Of a DNA stretch of 64,000 bases, positions 41,122 through 55,859 are shown one piece after another. The notes under the pieces were generated by a model. The model worked only from the letters and a program-made list of their open reading frames with translations, was not told the DNA's origin and did not search any database. The DNA is from Octopus vulgaris (lineage: Eukaryota), in the NCBI GenBank assembly GCA_951406725.2, contig OX597824.1, forward strand, positions 1,178,001 to 1,242,000, read 5' to 3'. Position 1 is the stretch's first letter, and each line of letters starts with the position of its first letter. The translations under genes were made by a program, and so were the position numbers.

Positions 41122-41154
41122 TAACTGGATACTTTTAATGATTAAAGGTCAGTA

Positions 41155-41213
<59 letters not shown>

Positions 41214-41312
41214 GTGTGTATACAAACGTATATACGTATATGTGTGTATGTGTATATAAGGCCTTCGCACGGTCATGAATGCATCTAGAAAGTTATACTT
41301 CGAGACAAAAGC

Positions 41313-42444
<1,132 letters not shown>

Positions 42445-42458
42445 ATATATAAATAATG

Positions 42459-42678
42459 TAGCTGGCAGAAACGTTAGCGCGCCGAGCGAAATACTTAGCA
42501 GTATTTCGCCTGTCGTTACGTTCTGAGTTCAAATTCCGCTGAGGTCGACTTTGCCTTTCATCCTTTCGGGGTCGATAAACAAAGTACCAGTTTCACACTG
42601 GGGTCGATGTAATCGACTTAATCCCTTTGTCTGTCCTTGTTTGTCCCCTATATGTTTAGCCCCTTGTGACCAGTAAAG

Positions 42679-42682
<4 letters not shown>
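42459..42682 (+). mobile_element. SINE family B
   Basis: Homologous to 10563-10797. Confidence 0.85.
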
Positions 42683-42717
<35 letters not shown>

Positions 42718-42829
42718 TACGTACAAACGCATGCGGTCCTAACAAATTAATGTATGTACCTAAATACATTCTCTCATGCACACAATGTACATCCAACTAT
42801 TTATGTTCTGATATTATTTTCTCTCCTAG

Positions 42830-42983
42830 GTCACAGTAGATCATCTACTCAATGTAAGCATTCCAAGGCCACAAGAATCTAGATATCTTCGCTTCTTCGT
42901 TGTGGAACATCATGGCAATGAAGACAATTTAGTTGCTCTCAAACTAGAACTTTTCGGCTGTCAAATATCCACTGATGTAGCAG
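42830..42983 (+). CDS. Exon 15; F5/8 type C C-terminus
   Basis: ctcctag acceptor; ...PRPQESRYLRFFV...ALKLELFGC, the classic discoidin ending; gtgagt donor; phase 0/1. Confidence 0.92.
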
Positions 42984-43389
42984 GTGAGTTCCTATATTCC
43001 TATATTTCCCTATTATTTTATTCTTACATCCTTTGACTGGATTCAGTCACTGGACCCGGGTCATAATAAGGCCACCAGAGACCTTTTTAATTATTTCACT
43101 GCAGTCCTCATTTTATCGATCTCTATCGAAACACTAAACCTAAGGGCAAAAGGGACCGTAGCATGCACAACGCCAATTTTAAACATGTATAAACATAAAT
43201 GCAGACACGCAAACACATTGGCATGGTCTTTATATACACACACGTATTTAGCATGGCATTTATATATACACACACATACACACGCATGAATACCACTTAT
43301 TCTTTTACAGGTTTCACCCATCTTTATATACACCACCAGCTTGTCTACAGTTTACTCCTCAAATATTCTACTCACAAACAAATGGTATC

Positions 43390-43430
<41 letters not shown>

Positions 43431-43469
43431 AAAATATATGAGAGAAATAACATTGAATTCACGAGTCTT

Positions 43470-43695
43470 TATAGCAGGTGCATTAAGTATGATAAAAAAA
43501 TGTTCAGACAAATACATAACAAAAACACCAGGACTTACAAACACATATAACATACAAAAAACTGCACTACTGGGCACTGCACACATCCTACGCAAAGCAC
43601 TTTCAATACAGTAACCATAAGAGCATCACAACAAATCACAGCACATATCCAAGGCACACAGAGCTGCGCTCTGTAGTGAAGTGAAAGCACGCTAT
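43470..43695 (+). mobile_element. R4/Dong-like LINE 3' end followed by (AAT)n
   Basis: IAGALSMIKK...IQKTALLGTAHILRKALSIQ*. Confidence 0.8.
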
Positions 43696-43705
43696 AATAA
43701 TAATG

Positions 43706-43789
<84 letters not shown>

Positions 43790-43836
43790 TCGAAAAATAC
43801 CTTACAAATGAGAACACAGGTTCAAAATTTCCCCAA

Positions 43837-43882
43837 GACACCCGATGAAGGCTGGAGGGTATATCAGCCGAAACGTTGTGTT
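43837..43882 (+). ncRNA. Minimal type I hammerhead-ribozyme-like motif
   Basis: gacac-CCGATGA-a-GGCTG-gagggtatat-CAGCC-GAAA-CGT-T-gtgtt; palindromic ACGT stem III; core variant U4C. Confidence 0.58.
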
Positions 43883-44687
43883 AACAACAAACAAGATGAG
43901 GACAAATATCTGTCAAATGTAAATAATGTACATAATTCCTCATCTCTTAAATATAGAACTGTACTTTTCGGTTTCTGTTCGAATTAATTTCATATTCGGT
44001 GTAATAATGTAGTTTTATATGCTAATCCATGCCATGAGATTCATTTTTGCTATAAACCAATAAATAAGTATGCAGATTTTAGGTAATTTTAGCCAATCGT
44101 AAGCTCAGACATATTCATGCCTGTTTCCATAGTAACAAGCCAAACATGAGAACTCTTTTGTTTGCGACAAAACACGTGTTGACAAATGTATTTTATTTAT
44201 TGAAGTGGTCGTGAAATGTACTAAAAATAACAGCGAAATAGGTCTTAAATCACGCACGAAAACTTTTTGGGGATGGGGTTCACGACCGAATGAATTTCCG
44301 TGTGTAGAACACAAATTCGCAAAACTTTTCTGAAATTTCCAAAAAATAAAAAGAGTTACGAGGGGTCGTGTGGTGTGCGTTAAGCAGAATCCCGCCAATA
44401 TTTCATTTGCTTACGGTTGACCGCATCTGCTGCCCCGCACAAAATGACTGCTTCCAAATCCTGTTTTCTGAATGGGGAAAATTATTAAACTTTAAACCTC
44501 TATAACTTTTTTAAACACTTTCTCTCGAAAAAGTGAAATACCTCCCGAGATTCAGCATGGAAAATTACACTGATACACCAAATGTTAAAATTTTCAATAA
44601 AATTTGAAATTTCCACAAGTGCAACCAAACAGAAAAGATCCCCACCACCAACTCCCTAAAAAATATAAAACCAAAATGTGAACTAAC

Positions 44688-45106
44688 TATAGGCGCAGGA
44701 GTGGCTGTGTGGTAAGTAGCTTACTTACCAACCACATGGCTCCGGGTTCAGTCCCACTGCGTGGCATCTTAGGCAAGTGTCTTCTACAGTAGCCTCGGGC
44801 CTACCAAAGCCTTGTGAGTGGATTTGGTAGACGGAAACTGAAAGAAGCTCGTCGTATATATGTGTATATATATATATATGTGTGTGTGTGTGTTTTGTGT
44901 GTCTGTGTTTGTCTCCCCAACATTGCTTGACAACCAATGCTGGCGTGTTTGTGTCCCCGCAACTTAGCGGTTCGGCAAAAGATACCGATATAATAAGTAC
45001 TAGGCTTACAAAGAATAAGTCCTGGGGTCGATTTGCTCGACTAAAGGCGGTGCTCCAGCATGGCCGCAGTCAAATGACTGAAACAAGTAAAAGAGAGTAA
45101 AAGAAC
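44688..45106 (+). mobile_element. SINE family C (tRNA head, CORE-like ggcaagtg), full length
   Basis: A box tggctgtgtgg, B box ggttcagtccc; 12-bp TSD ATGTGAACTAAC at 44676-44687 and 45107-45118. Confidence 0.9.
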
Positions 45107-45174
45107 ATGTGAACTAACCGCTCGATCGTTATGTTGAGGCTTAATTGTTATTCTGTATATTTTCTTTTGAACAG

Positions 45175-45213
45175 ATGTTTGTGCAAACGCTCCGACAGTG
45201 CAGGACCCTACCG
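45175..45213 (+). CDS. Exon 16; 39-nt linker exon
   Basis: ttttgaacag acceptor; (D)VCANAPTVQDPT; gtatgt donor; phase 1/1. Confidence 0.72.
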
Positions 45214-46004
45214 GTATGTATCGGTTTCATTTCAATGGGAATTTTCATAGACGTTATATTCTACAACTTTTGTGTGTGCTATGGCTTTTATTGCTTTTTT
45301 TCTAATTTAAAGATATCTTAATGAAAGTTTGGCTGCTTGTGTTGATGGAGCGGAGTAGGTGAATGGATGTGAAAACGGAGTATTTCAAACGCAAAATTTC
45401 AAAATGGAGTTTAAAAGAAATTAAAAACAATGTTTAAAAGAAACACAATCAAATTTAATCGGAATCGATATTGATGAATTCTTCATCTTCATCATCGCCA
45501 TTGCCATTATCATAGCCGTTGCTGTGGTCGACCTGATCATTGTCGTTGTCGACATGGTGATGATCATCATCATTTAATGACCGGCTTCCTTGCTGGGATG
45601 GGTTAGATGAGTAGTGTAGCTCGGGACAAGTCGGAGAACTTTGTCATGGAGCATTGCCTTCTTTGGCATGGTTTCTACGACTGGATGACCTTCTTGATAC
45701 GCTGGGTGTTTTTTTTCTCGTGGCACCAGCGCTAGTTACAATCAACTCGTAACTTCCAAGGCCGAATGCGACCTTTATAACTGACCCCTAAAACTAAGGA
45801 AGAACTGAAGACAGAATGGGTGATGATCCTTGGAGAATTTCGAAAATCATAATTAACGAGCAGGAATATTTCATGGAATTAATAGTGAGCCTATTGAGTT
45901 ATTCGTGAAACTTTATCCAAAAACCCTGAAAGCGTAACCTGTGTTCTGTCTGCTATTCATTGAAAAGTGAAAGAAATTGGAACATGATGATTACTTAATG
46001 CACG

Positions 46005-46060
<56 letters not shown>

Positions 46061-46386
46061 GGTTTAAGCAATTGAGATTCAAGTGAGTTCTAATGAATTC
46101 ACATGAATATTGTCCTTAAGTAGGATGCACCGGAAATCTATATGGTGTTAACCATACGACAAAGTGGGGTGATTACAAATAGGAAAAAAGCAACAAGAAT
46201 GGATCAATATATCGGTACAATTGTTTCGTACGAGGACATCTTTAATAAAGCTACAAAAATTGCAGTAAATATAGGTGGCTCGTACTCATCAGCCGAAAAA
46301 ACATCCGAGATTCCCAAACATCAAAGGGGGTAATGTTACACTCATGAAACATCATGGAAAATTCTATAAAAATTCTATAAAAATGA

Positions 46387-46472
46387 GAATTTAGATAACA
46401 TATTGGTTTCTAAGAGTTCAATTAGTATTAATACTAATTGAACTCTTAGAAACCAATATGTTATCTAAATTC
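46387..46472. repeat. Perfect 43-bp-arm palindrome in a (TA)n-flanked element
   Basis: Centre at 46429/46430; 46478-46495 also inverts 46179-46196. Confidence 0.92.
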
Positions 46473-46489
46473 ATAAGTGTTGCTTTTTT

Positions 46490-46550
<61 letters not shown>

Positions 46551-47234
46551 ATATATTATTATATGATTGAACACCACGCATCCTCTTCCAAGTAAATTTT
46601 ATCTTAATAATTCTGATGCGCACTCTACACGATATTTTTACTTTTTTGTTTTTCTCTCTTTTTCTCTCTTATTCTTTTACCTCCTCTTCTCCCACTATTC
46701 TATCATATTACTCCTCTCTCTTCCTCACTCCTCATCCCTTGTTCACATGGCTCACATGTGACCATCGGTCATCTTTATTTCTACTAACTCGTGTTTTTTT
46801 TCCTTTCTCTCCATTCGCTGGAACGAGGAAGGCGTGTTCTTGTTTGTCTCCTGTCCAAACTTGATGTACGCGTTCACTACCACGAACTCATTTAGGCTTA
46901 GCAGCCCTTCCTCTTTGTTTTCACTGTCTTGTTTAGGTTACCAATTTTAACCCTCCGCAAAATCCCAAATTTTATTTAATTTGCTTTGCAGGAGCAACTG
47001 CTTTATCGAAAGTGTATATTGCTGTGAAAATGCTCGAAATACGAGAGTAGAAAAACAGCCAACAACTGATGAAGGGTCGTTCTTTATCTTGTTTGTCTTG
47101 TTTTTTGCATCTGTGTCTTTCGTTGTTCGAAAGAATAGTTCATGTTCCATGTACTCGTGCTTCGTATTTTTTTTTTGCTGTACGCATTTCGTGACGTCCT
47201 GTGCCCACATATGCATATATATATATATATATGT

Positions 47235-47831
47235 ATGGTGCTTGGAGTGATGGCTAGTAATAGCGATGTTATGCCGCCATTCATCTTCCCACCACGGCCT
47301 TCTCTGACTCAACACGGAGGAGGCCTACATCACGTGCCTGGAGGAGGTGGTGCTGCCCTGAGTCAAGAAGGTGGTTGCTGGAAAACCCTGTGTCTGGCAA
47401 CAGGACTCTGCACCATGCCACACAAGCAGGAGAACCCAGTCATGGGTGTCAGACAATTTCTGCAACCACAGCAACCCTAACATCTGGCTGCCTAACTCCC
47501 CAGACTGCAACCCACTTCCTTATTATGTGTGGGGTGCAGTTGATCGAGAGACCAACAAAACCGCTTGTAACACCAAAGATGAACTGAACGGAAGGATTAT
47601 GGCAACACTCAACAACGTAGACAAGAAGACAGGTACAAAAGAGTTGCAGGGTATTCCGAAGTCATCTGGAGGCCGTGGTTGAAGCTAATGGCGATTTTAT
47701 TGAATAAATTTACTCTTTAGTATTTCAAGATAGTCTTATGTAATTTTGGTAAATATAGTTGATAAAATGAGATGTCAGTGTTATTTTCCTGTTTGCGTAA
47801 TTTAGATGACAATTTATTCACTGCATCCTGT
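47235..47831 (+). mobile_element. Tc1/mariner (maT-like) transposase 3' fragment with terminal repeat
   Basis: VWQQDSAPCH...IWLPNSPDCNPLPYYVWGAV; ends cactgcatcctg|ta. Confidence 0.8.
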
Positions 47832-47973
47832 ATATATATACATGTATGTATGTATGTATGTATGTATGTATAAATGTATGTTTGTATGTATGTATGTATG
47901 TATGTATGTATGTATGTATGTATGTATGTATGTATGTATGTATGTATGTATGTATGTATGTATGTATGTATGG

Positions 47974-48010
<37 letters not shown>

Positions 48011-48115
48011 ATACATATACATACACACGCACATTTATTTGTTCACACATACAAATGCATCAACACGTATCTGCATAAATACTCACCACTACTTATCTCT
48101 TGTTACTTTTCACAG

Positions 48116-48182
48116 GATGGTACCACAGAGGATTTTTAGAAGTGGATTCGAAAGTTTACGTCTGCGATGCCAATCCTAAGAA
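48116..48182 (+). CDS. Exon 17
   Basis: ttttcacag acceptor; (G)WYHRGFLEVDSKVYVCDANPK(K); gtatga donor; phase 1/2. Confidence 0.8.
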
Positions 48183-49272
48183 GTATGACCCCTCAATAAA
48201 ACAATTTACTTTTGTTATATGTAAACCTTCTTTATTGCACAGGTCACCGAATACTCGTCCTTCTGCGTGCCAGATGCTTCCGACAAAAATCGAGTTTATA
48301 TCACATAAAAATATTTTTTTCTTTTCCCGTGTAAACTTGCTGGGGGTTCGATCTCTTAACGACAATGTAAGCTTCATACAGTCAAGGTATCCTTGGCCTG
48401 AAGCGTAGCTTGCGCTCTAACCCTCGTTTTGAATAATTTCTTACTTCCGAGATTCCGTTAAGCTACGAAACATGTGTAGCCTGGATTTTGTCTACTCCAT
48501 TCCCTAATTTTTAAAATGTTTATTCGTATATAGAGCAACTGTTGTTGCTAACCGCCAACTATAAAACTAACTTTTTTTCAGCTTGTCGTATTTCATTACA
48601 GGGGAAATTCACAACTTTCTGCGTCAAAACCCCACTATTGTTCCTCATAGTTGTTTTCTATCTGTCTGTCTGTCTCTGTCTGTTCTGTCTGTCTGTCTGT
48701 CTCTGTCTTTCTGTCTGTTTCTCTGACTGTCTATCTATCTATCGATCGATCGATCGATCTGTCGGTTTGTCTATCTATCTATCTCTCTTTCTCTTACATT
48801 CTCTTTCTCTCTCTTTCTCTCCATGCCTGTCTATCTATCTATTTAACTACCACCTATTTAATTGTTTGTAGGTATGCGTGTGTATCTGTGTGTGTGTGTG
48901 TGTATGTGTGTGTGTGTGTATCTGTGTGTGTGTGTGTGTGTGTGCGTGTGTGTGTGTGTATTTTTCTCATGATTCTTCATGTGAAACCCTTTTTGAAAAT
49001 GTTGGGAATAGTTCTTCATTCTTGGAGGCTCCATACTCACTGGTTGCAATTGACTTTCATTTCAATAAAAACAATTTAGAAATTGGATTTCCCCTTTCTT
49101 CTTCTTCTTCTTCTTCTTCTTCTTCTTCTTCTTCTTCTTCTTCTTCTTCTTCTTCCTCCTCTCCAGGCCAATCAATTCACTTGCAATTTTTATACAAATG
49201 AAATGATTAAATAATGAAAAATCTAGTTTAAACATTATATGGAATATAATTCTTATTTCTTCTCCTATTCAG

Positions 49273-49322
49273 AGACTTACGGATGTTCTGCTATTATTCA
49301 GAAGATGGTGTCAGTTGGTATC
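49273..49322 (+). CDS. Exon 18; Asp-box-like motif
   Basis: ctattcag acceptor; (K)DLRMFCYYSEDGVSWY; gtaagt donor; phase 2/1. Confidence 0.82.
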
Positions 49323-49589
49323 GTAAGTATTATATTTATTTCCCAATAATCTAACACTTCGTTTTTGTATTTGTTTTGCATTATACGATAACAACTGTAC
49401 TGAAACAATTTATTTCATATTCGGAGAGAAATTTTGGCAATAAAAACACATGCACTGGTTAGATTTCACTTATTATGATTAATGATCTGACTCGGGTTTG
49501 GTCTTATTCCTGATAGCATTTGCGTGAGTAGCGGGTGTGTAACCTCATGTATCGACGAGTTTTAACCAGTAACCTTATGTAACCACAAG

Positions 49590-49950
49590 TTTTCAGCAAT
49601 CTTTCAAGTGCTTAGACCCCTCCTGATAATCTTTCCTGCCCCTGAGAGCCAAACATTCTGTAGAACCTTCACAGGACATTCTATTCTGATCTCCATCAAC
49701 CATTTGTCTATATCTTTGCTTACAGTTCCCAGGCAAAACCTTTACACTTTTCATATTCCAAATTCTTGCAATTTCAAATTTTAAGGAATTGTATTTTCTT
49801 CTTCTTCTTCTTCTTCTTCTTCTTCTTCTTTCTTTACGATCTTCGAATCAAATAAACACGATGAGTCAATTGGTAAGCAACTTTGCTTTTCCTTGTCTAT
49901 TGTTATGTCTGGACTATTCTAGCTTCTTCTCCATTTGAATAGGCAAGTCC

Positions 49951-49987
<37 letters not shown>

Positions 49988-50190
49988 ATTGCTTTTGCAC
50001 AGCTTCTAACGCTGAAGATGTACTACGGTGTCAGCTGTTCACATCCAGTGAACTAAGGTAACACCTCTTATTTTTCGAGCACCTTCCGCAGTATTCGAGC
50101 GATCCCAAGTAGTGCTGTTTTCTGCAAGTGCTCCACCCTTATTGCAACCCCTATTTGTTCCACGTACTTCTCGAGATTTTTGCTCACTGT
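49590..50190 (-). mobile_element. Two R4/Dong-like 3' ends separated by (TTA)n
   Basis: CLGTVSKDIDKWL...LVKVLQNV, and VEHLQKTALLGIARILRKVLEK*. Confidence 0.75.
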
Positions 50191-50433
50191 GGACCTCTGT
50201 TGGTCTGGGAGATCAGTCTTTAGTTTTGTTAGATCAACCGAAGTACCTCCTCCTGGAAACACGTGAGGGTTGTAACAGGAAGGGCGTCAGGTCTCGCAAT
50301 TCTTCAACGAATTCCATCTGACTCATACAAACATGGGATAGTAGACGTTAAACTGAAGACGATAATAATGATGATGATGATGATGATGAATATTTTTCAG
50401 TTCTTTGCTTTGTTGTTTTTTTTTTCTTTTTAG

Positions 50434-50694
50434 CACTTGATACACGATTGGGAAACGTGAATGTCTACGACAAGGAAAAGAAAGTGTTGTATGGCATCTC
50501 CAATGATAAAATCTCCTATATGTCAAGCAACGATGGATTCTTTTGGAAATCCGTGGAACCAGCAACAGTCATCGATTTAATAAATGGATGCGATCTTTCA
50601 AAATGTACCAAAGTAAAGACCGTTCCTTGGCAAAATGGCACCACTCTTGGTAGAGATACAGTATCTCGCGACTTCGAAATGGTCAACTGGGGAG
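50434..50694 (+). CDS. Exon 19
   Basis: long T tract+ag acceptor; (P)LDTRLGNV...YMSSNDGFFWKSV...MVNWG; gtaaga donor; phase 1/1. Confidence 0.9.
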
Positions 50695-50869
50695 GTAAGA
50701 AAAAATCATTCTAATTTGCTAAGGCTAAAAGTGTGACGCTGTTTCGTGGTAAGAAGAAGATGAGAAGAATGAGAGGGAAAGGAAAGGGTGTTAGCGGTGA
50801 GAGCTGGGAGAAAAGGATTGCTATTATGTTACGGTGATAAATAGTGTGTGTGTGTGTGTGTGAGAGAAA

Positions 50870-51370
50870 GAGAGAGACAATGTCCAGCTGTCAGTGGAAA
50901 TCGTCGAATCGCCATCCGTGAGTTATCAGAAGACGTACAGATTAGTTACGGTTCAGTTCAGTCTTTTATCACTGAAGATTTGAGTACGAGACGCGTGTCT
51001 GCCAAGTTTGTGCCAAAACTGCTTTCAGCTGACCATAAAAACACTCGCGATTCAGTTGCAAATGATCTCCTCGATTGTGTTGAGAATGATGAAACCTTTT
51101 TGAAAACTTTTCGTAGCCCTCTGAGCAGGTATCACTAAGCTTTTGGCAAAATTTGATGCAGATTCTCTGCTCAACTTTGTCATGGTCAATGCGACGATCA
51201 CACGCTACACACCTTCCTTGCCAGCTCTGCTGTAAACTGTGGAAGTGAGCTTGGAGGTTAAAACTTAGTGCACATGCATAGCAGAGTTCAAGGTTAATCT
51301 GTGTCAAGTGGCTTTACTATCTGTGCTTTAACTTCGTTACTATGGTAACAGAACAGATACATATCGATCA
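50870..51370. mobile_element. Rearranged mariner transposase fragments
   Basis: Plus strand RRIAIRELSE...RRVSAKFVPKLLS; minus strand VEQRICIKFCQKL (transposase N-terminus). Confidence 0.75.
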
Positions 51371-51444
51371 GGCCATGTACACTAGCAAAACTTTTGTTTT
51401 GATTTGTAATTATTTTTGCTTACCTAAATACATATATCTGCAGG

Positions 51445-51850
51445 TGCAGATATGCTTGTATGGTAAAGAAGCTTGCTTTGCACTCACGGGTTTTGGGTTT
51501 AGCCACATTGCGGGGCATCTTGGGTAACTGGCTGCTACTATAACCTGAGGTTGGCCAATGCCTTGTGAGTATGAATTTGTGAAACTGGGAGTGTGGAAGT
51601 CTCTCTTGTATATATATGTGTGCGTGAGAGAGAGAGAGAGAGAGTGTGTCTTTATATTCATGCTTATTCAGCCAACACCACAACTTGACAGCTAGTCTTC
51701 ATTTGTCTACGTCCTGTAACTTAGCAACTCAACCAAAATCAACCGCTAATATCACATTTAAAACTAAGTACTGAGGTTGAATTGTTAAATTACTCCTTTC
51801 AAGGTGGTGGTCATGCTTGGCCACAATCCAGTGACTAAAACAAGTAAAAA
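51445..51850 (+). mobile_element. SINE family C (diverged)
   Basis: tggtaaagaagcttgc...gccttgtgagt...gtgactaaaacaagtaaaa. Confidence 0.7.
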
Positions 51851-51914
51851 TACATAAACATCAATGAAGTATGTTGATGCTTGTTTAACAATGACTTTTG
51901 TTTTTATACTTCAG

Positions 51915-51994
51915 CATCGTACAATGGACTTTTCAAGAAGCTGAGTAACGGTACCTGGGAGTATAAAGCAGACTGGTCAAAGTGTGGCCCTTAA
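51915..51994 (+). CDS. Exon 20; terminal coding exon
   Basis: cttcag acceptor; (A)SYNGLFKKLSNGTWEYKADWSKCGP then TAA at 51992-51994. Confidence 0.85.
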
Positions 51995-52010
51995 GATGCA
52001 GCATCCGCTT

Positions 52011-52049
<39 letters not shown>

Positions 52050-52298
52050 GTATATATATGCACTTATGTAAAACATTTAATATATCTCTTATGGCTGTTT
52101 AGCTATTTTATGTTCTTCACCAACTTACCAGACTGTCCACATACACTTGCATACACACACACACACACACACACATATAATAATATAGACACCAGCTTGC
52201 TCGTCTCCTTATTTACACACCTGAAAGATGAAAAGATAACTAACAGTTCTGTATTATTTCCATCTCTATTTACCTTAAAAATACCAAAAGCTACCAGA

Positions 52299-52482
52299 AA
52301 TAAAATGATGTAACGACAAAAAAAGGACAAAAAAAATAGCATAATCTCACTTGTTTGCTTTTCAATTCCTTTAATTATTCTTATGTTTCAAAAACAAAAT
52401 AATTGTTTCAATTTTTATTAAGTCCCTTAAATATATCTTGTTTTCTTTTCATTCTATGTAAATAATATTAGTAAATAATAAA
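52299..52482 (+). terminator. Candidate polyadenylation signals
   Basis: AATAAA at 52299-52304 and 52477-52482 downstream of the stop, with T-rich sequence after the second. Confidence 0.4.
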
Positions 52483-52984
52483 CATGACAATGATATACTA
52501 AGTTTATAAGTTCTTGGCCGATATTATTTTTTTCTTTTTATCTTTTATTCAATTTCTTACGTCTTTGCTTCGTTTATTAATTTCCAGCTTTCAGTCATTG
52601 GAATTCCTTATATTTTGGTGAAATACCATTCAAGAGTCTCAGACATTCCTACTAATTCTGGTTCTTTCATTGGCTTCGTCATGTATGGAACCGAGGGTGA
52701 CGGGACTGAGACAGAACCACATGGTACTTTTGTTTAACAGTAATTCTGCTCTCATTCTCTATAATCCACATGTGATGCATGGGGTCAACCAGACACCCCA
52801 CCACCAGGATTTCAATCTCTCCCCAGGGCCACCACGGTCACCCTCGCATGTCTTTTAAAATGTGATTTACGTAGTTTTTCAACGGCAACAAACTTAATCT
52901 GCTCCGGTTCCTTTCCTCATACTGTAACACCTCATTTCCCAGCATAAAGCCACCCACCACGGGGCTCAGATCTTTCCAGGCTGC

Positions 52985-53185
52985 ATGATGACCTCACTGG
53001 TGCTGCTTACAGGAAAAGCACCCAAAATACATTGTAAAATGGTTGGTGTTAGGAATGGTCTCCATATGTAGAAACCGTGCAGAAGTAGAAAGAGGAGTAT
53101 AAAGCAGTCTTTGGATCATTGGATCTTGTCAAACCGTCCAACCCATGCCATGGATGGAACATGGATGGTGATGGTGATGATGACA
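52985..53185 (+). mobile_element. SINE family D ((GAT)n tail)
   Basis: ggttggtgttaggaa...ccgtccaacccatgcca...gatgatga; inverse of the 59197 copy. Confidence 0.65.
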
Positions 53186-55859
53186 CGCACACACAATCAA
53201 TAAAGAAGACCTAGAGTTTTATACATCTTTACCCATGGTGTTGGGTTGATGTCAGATGATTAGAGGTTTTGAAGCTGTGACATTGCTCCACATGCCGCTT
53301 TCCTTCTGTCTATGATGTCACAGTTTGAGTTGTGAGAGGGGTCAGTTACAGTCAATCCAAGGTAAATGAATTTATCAACCCTGGATAGTTGCTTGACACA
53401 TGCAACAAGGTTCTCTTAACAAGTGTTCTGCCTAGTGAATGGAGGTCATCAATCGTAGTACCATTACCCAAGAAATGTGACCTGCAACAGATGTCCAATG
53501 ACCGGGAATAAGTTTTATGAATCATGGCGCAAAACTATTTAATAGGCTTCTGTTAAATTGCAAAGATAGATAAAGATATATGTCTACCAGAGGGTCTTGA
53601 GAAAGAACTGTAGTTGCATTGAACAAATTCACATAATCTAATACAATACATGGATTAGGCAAACAGAATATTCAAAAAGGTTTTAATAACCCGTGTGGGA
53701 AATGGATTAACAGCACATTATGCTTGTTAATTAGTCCATATTTACATCTAAGAATCTCAAGGGCCTCCACGCAATATAAGTTACAAGTGCCACCCAACGC
53801 TATACGGAAGTATGGTGAAAATAATTGATCACAAACTAATCAATATTTCTATCTTCCAAGTCCTAATTAAATTTTGCTAATCAAGAATTACATAATTTGT
53901 GCCTGTTATGAAAAAGAATGTACCTGGTTCCTCCACTTCAACTTAATTTTGATGCTGTACTACTAAAACAGTAGCAAACCTTATTGAGTGTATGGACTGA
54001 ACATTTCTCTGGAGGCACTGGTTACCTAAAGGCTATCCCTACAGTTACATATACTAAGTGACCAAGAATGATTAAATTATTATTGTCAGAGCCATTGTTA
54101 TGAAAGGGTACACAATGAATAGGGATGTTCCTGTTAGATCAAGGTGTGTTATAAAAAGAAGAACAGGAAAATTGTTTGTATAATTAGAATAGCACAATAT
54201 TTTAAATTGTGTAATTGTGTATCATTAAAAGTGACCATATCATTGGCCAAATTAGGTGTGGTGAAATATGAAAATTTACGATATCGACTTGAGGAGGAAA
54301 ATGTTTAATGGAAACCTCCTGGATTTGCAGTTTGTGTGGAATATGTTGTTCTTCTACTGGATCCTTTGTCCTCTCCATGCATCTTGCCAGCCAGGATTCA
54401 CATGAGTGCTGATTGAGGAATTTGGCTGTATTCCACGTGCGCATACACACACACACACATGATATGTTCATCAATGAGGATTCAATTGTTTGATCAAGTG
54501 AATTCAAGTGTAAATAGTTGAACACTCCACTCATGTGTAACTATAATGTAACTCTTAAGCAGAACCATCTTAACCATATCATGAAAATGTTTGAAAATGT
54601 TTGAAAAGAAATGTTCGCAAAACATTTATTCAAAAACAGTTATTCGAAATAAATAGCATTTGTGTACTTGGTATTTAATTTTATCATTTTTATGTAAATA
54701 TAATTAAAAAAATTTAGAATAAATAACATTTTGTATAATTGTACTTTTGAATAATTTTCATTCATACAATTTTCCATTTGAATAAATGTTTTTTTCGAAC
54801 AATGTTCCCATTATCAGCATAACACTGTGTGGCCATGCTGGATCTTTTGAATTTATAATGCAATCTACCTGATGGACTTCTACATAGTTTCTCCCAATCC
54901 AATTTCACTCATAAGATTATGGGTTCAACCGGAGATGTAAATATGTCAAACAGGGTAATTGAACCTCATACCATGTAGGTAACAAACTTAACCATTCACC
55001 TGTACAAAGTGTGTGTGTATGTGAAAGAGAGAGAGAAAGGGAAAAAGAGATGAAGAGAGAGAGAGAGAGAGAGAGGCGTGCAATCATATTTAATACGTCC
55101 GTGCAGAAGTGGATGAGGACAAAAAGTCTTTGCTATAGAATTTGTCTCATGATATTAAATTCTTCTCATGGAGAATATCTGAAAATACATCACTGGACAA
55201 TGAATGACATCATTGTAACAAATGGCCCATGCATTTCTGCATCATGTGCTTCATCAGCAGCGAATACCGAATCCGTTGTTGTTCATAGCCCAGGAAGAAA
55301 AGCCATTTGTATATCTAAAGAACCGGATAATACATTTGCTGAAATGTGCAAAACCTGATCAAGCTGGAACCAGATGCACAGCAAGAAGTAGTGTTGATGA
55401 AAATAAAGGTGTGCACAATTACAATTAACAACTTCCAGTAAACTCAGACATGGAAAGACCTTCCACATCTGAGTTTATATATAAAGCAAATACACATATA
55501 CAGTTGCCATTCACACACATTTACACAAACTGTTTCCATCTAGCAAATTTCGCTCACAAATCTTTGACCCATCGGAGACATTTGTGCATAATACAGCATA
55601 ATGAGATTTAACTAAGGACCACTTCATTGCAAAGCCAACTTTTTTACAATAGATCAATTGTTGCACTTTGTTTTGTATTAGCATTCGCATATATACTCAC
55701 TGTTTAGCCATTAGTCAGTTCTAATTAAGCAGACCTTGGTACAAAGACGATCCAAACATGACTTTCCCATATATATTTCTGATAAAGTATATAGGGCGTC
55801 TGAGTTAAAGGAAAACCTTATCCCCAAATACCAATTAAATTATGGTAGGGAGATAAGAG

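Noticed and set aside
44090-44640. Possible DNA-transposon-like insert
   Set aside because: No TIR, TSD or second copy could be established
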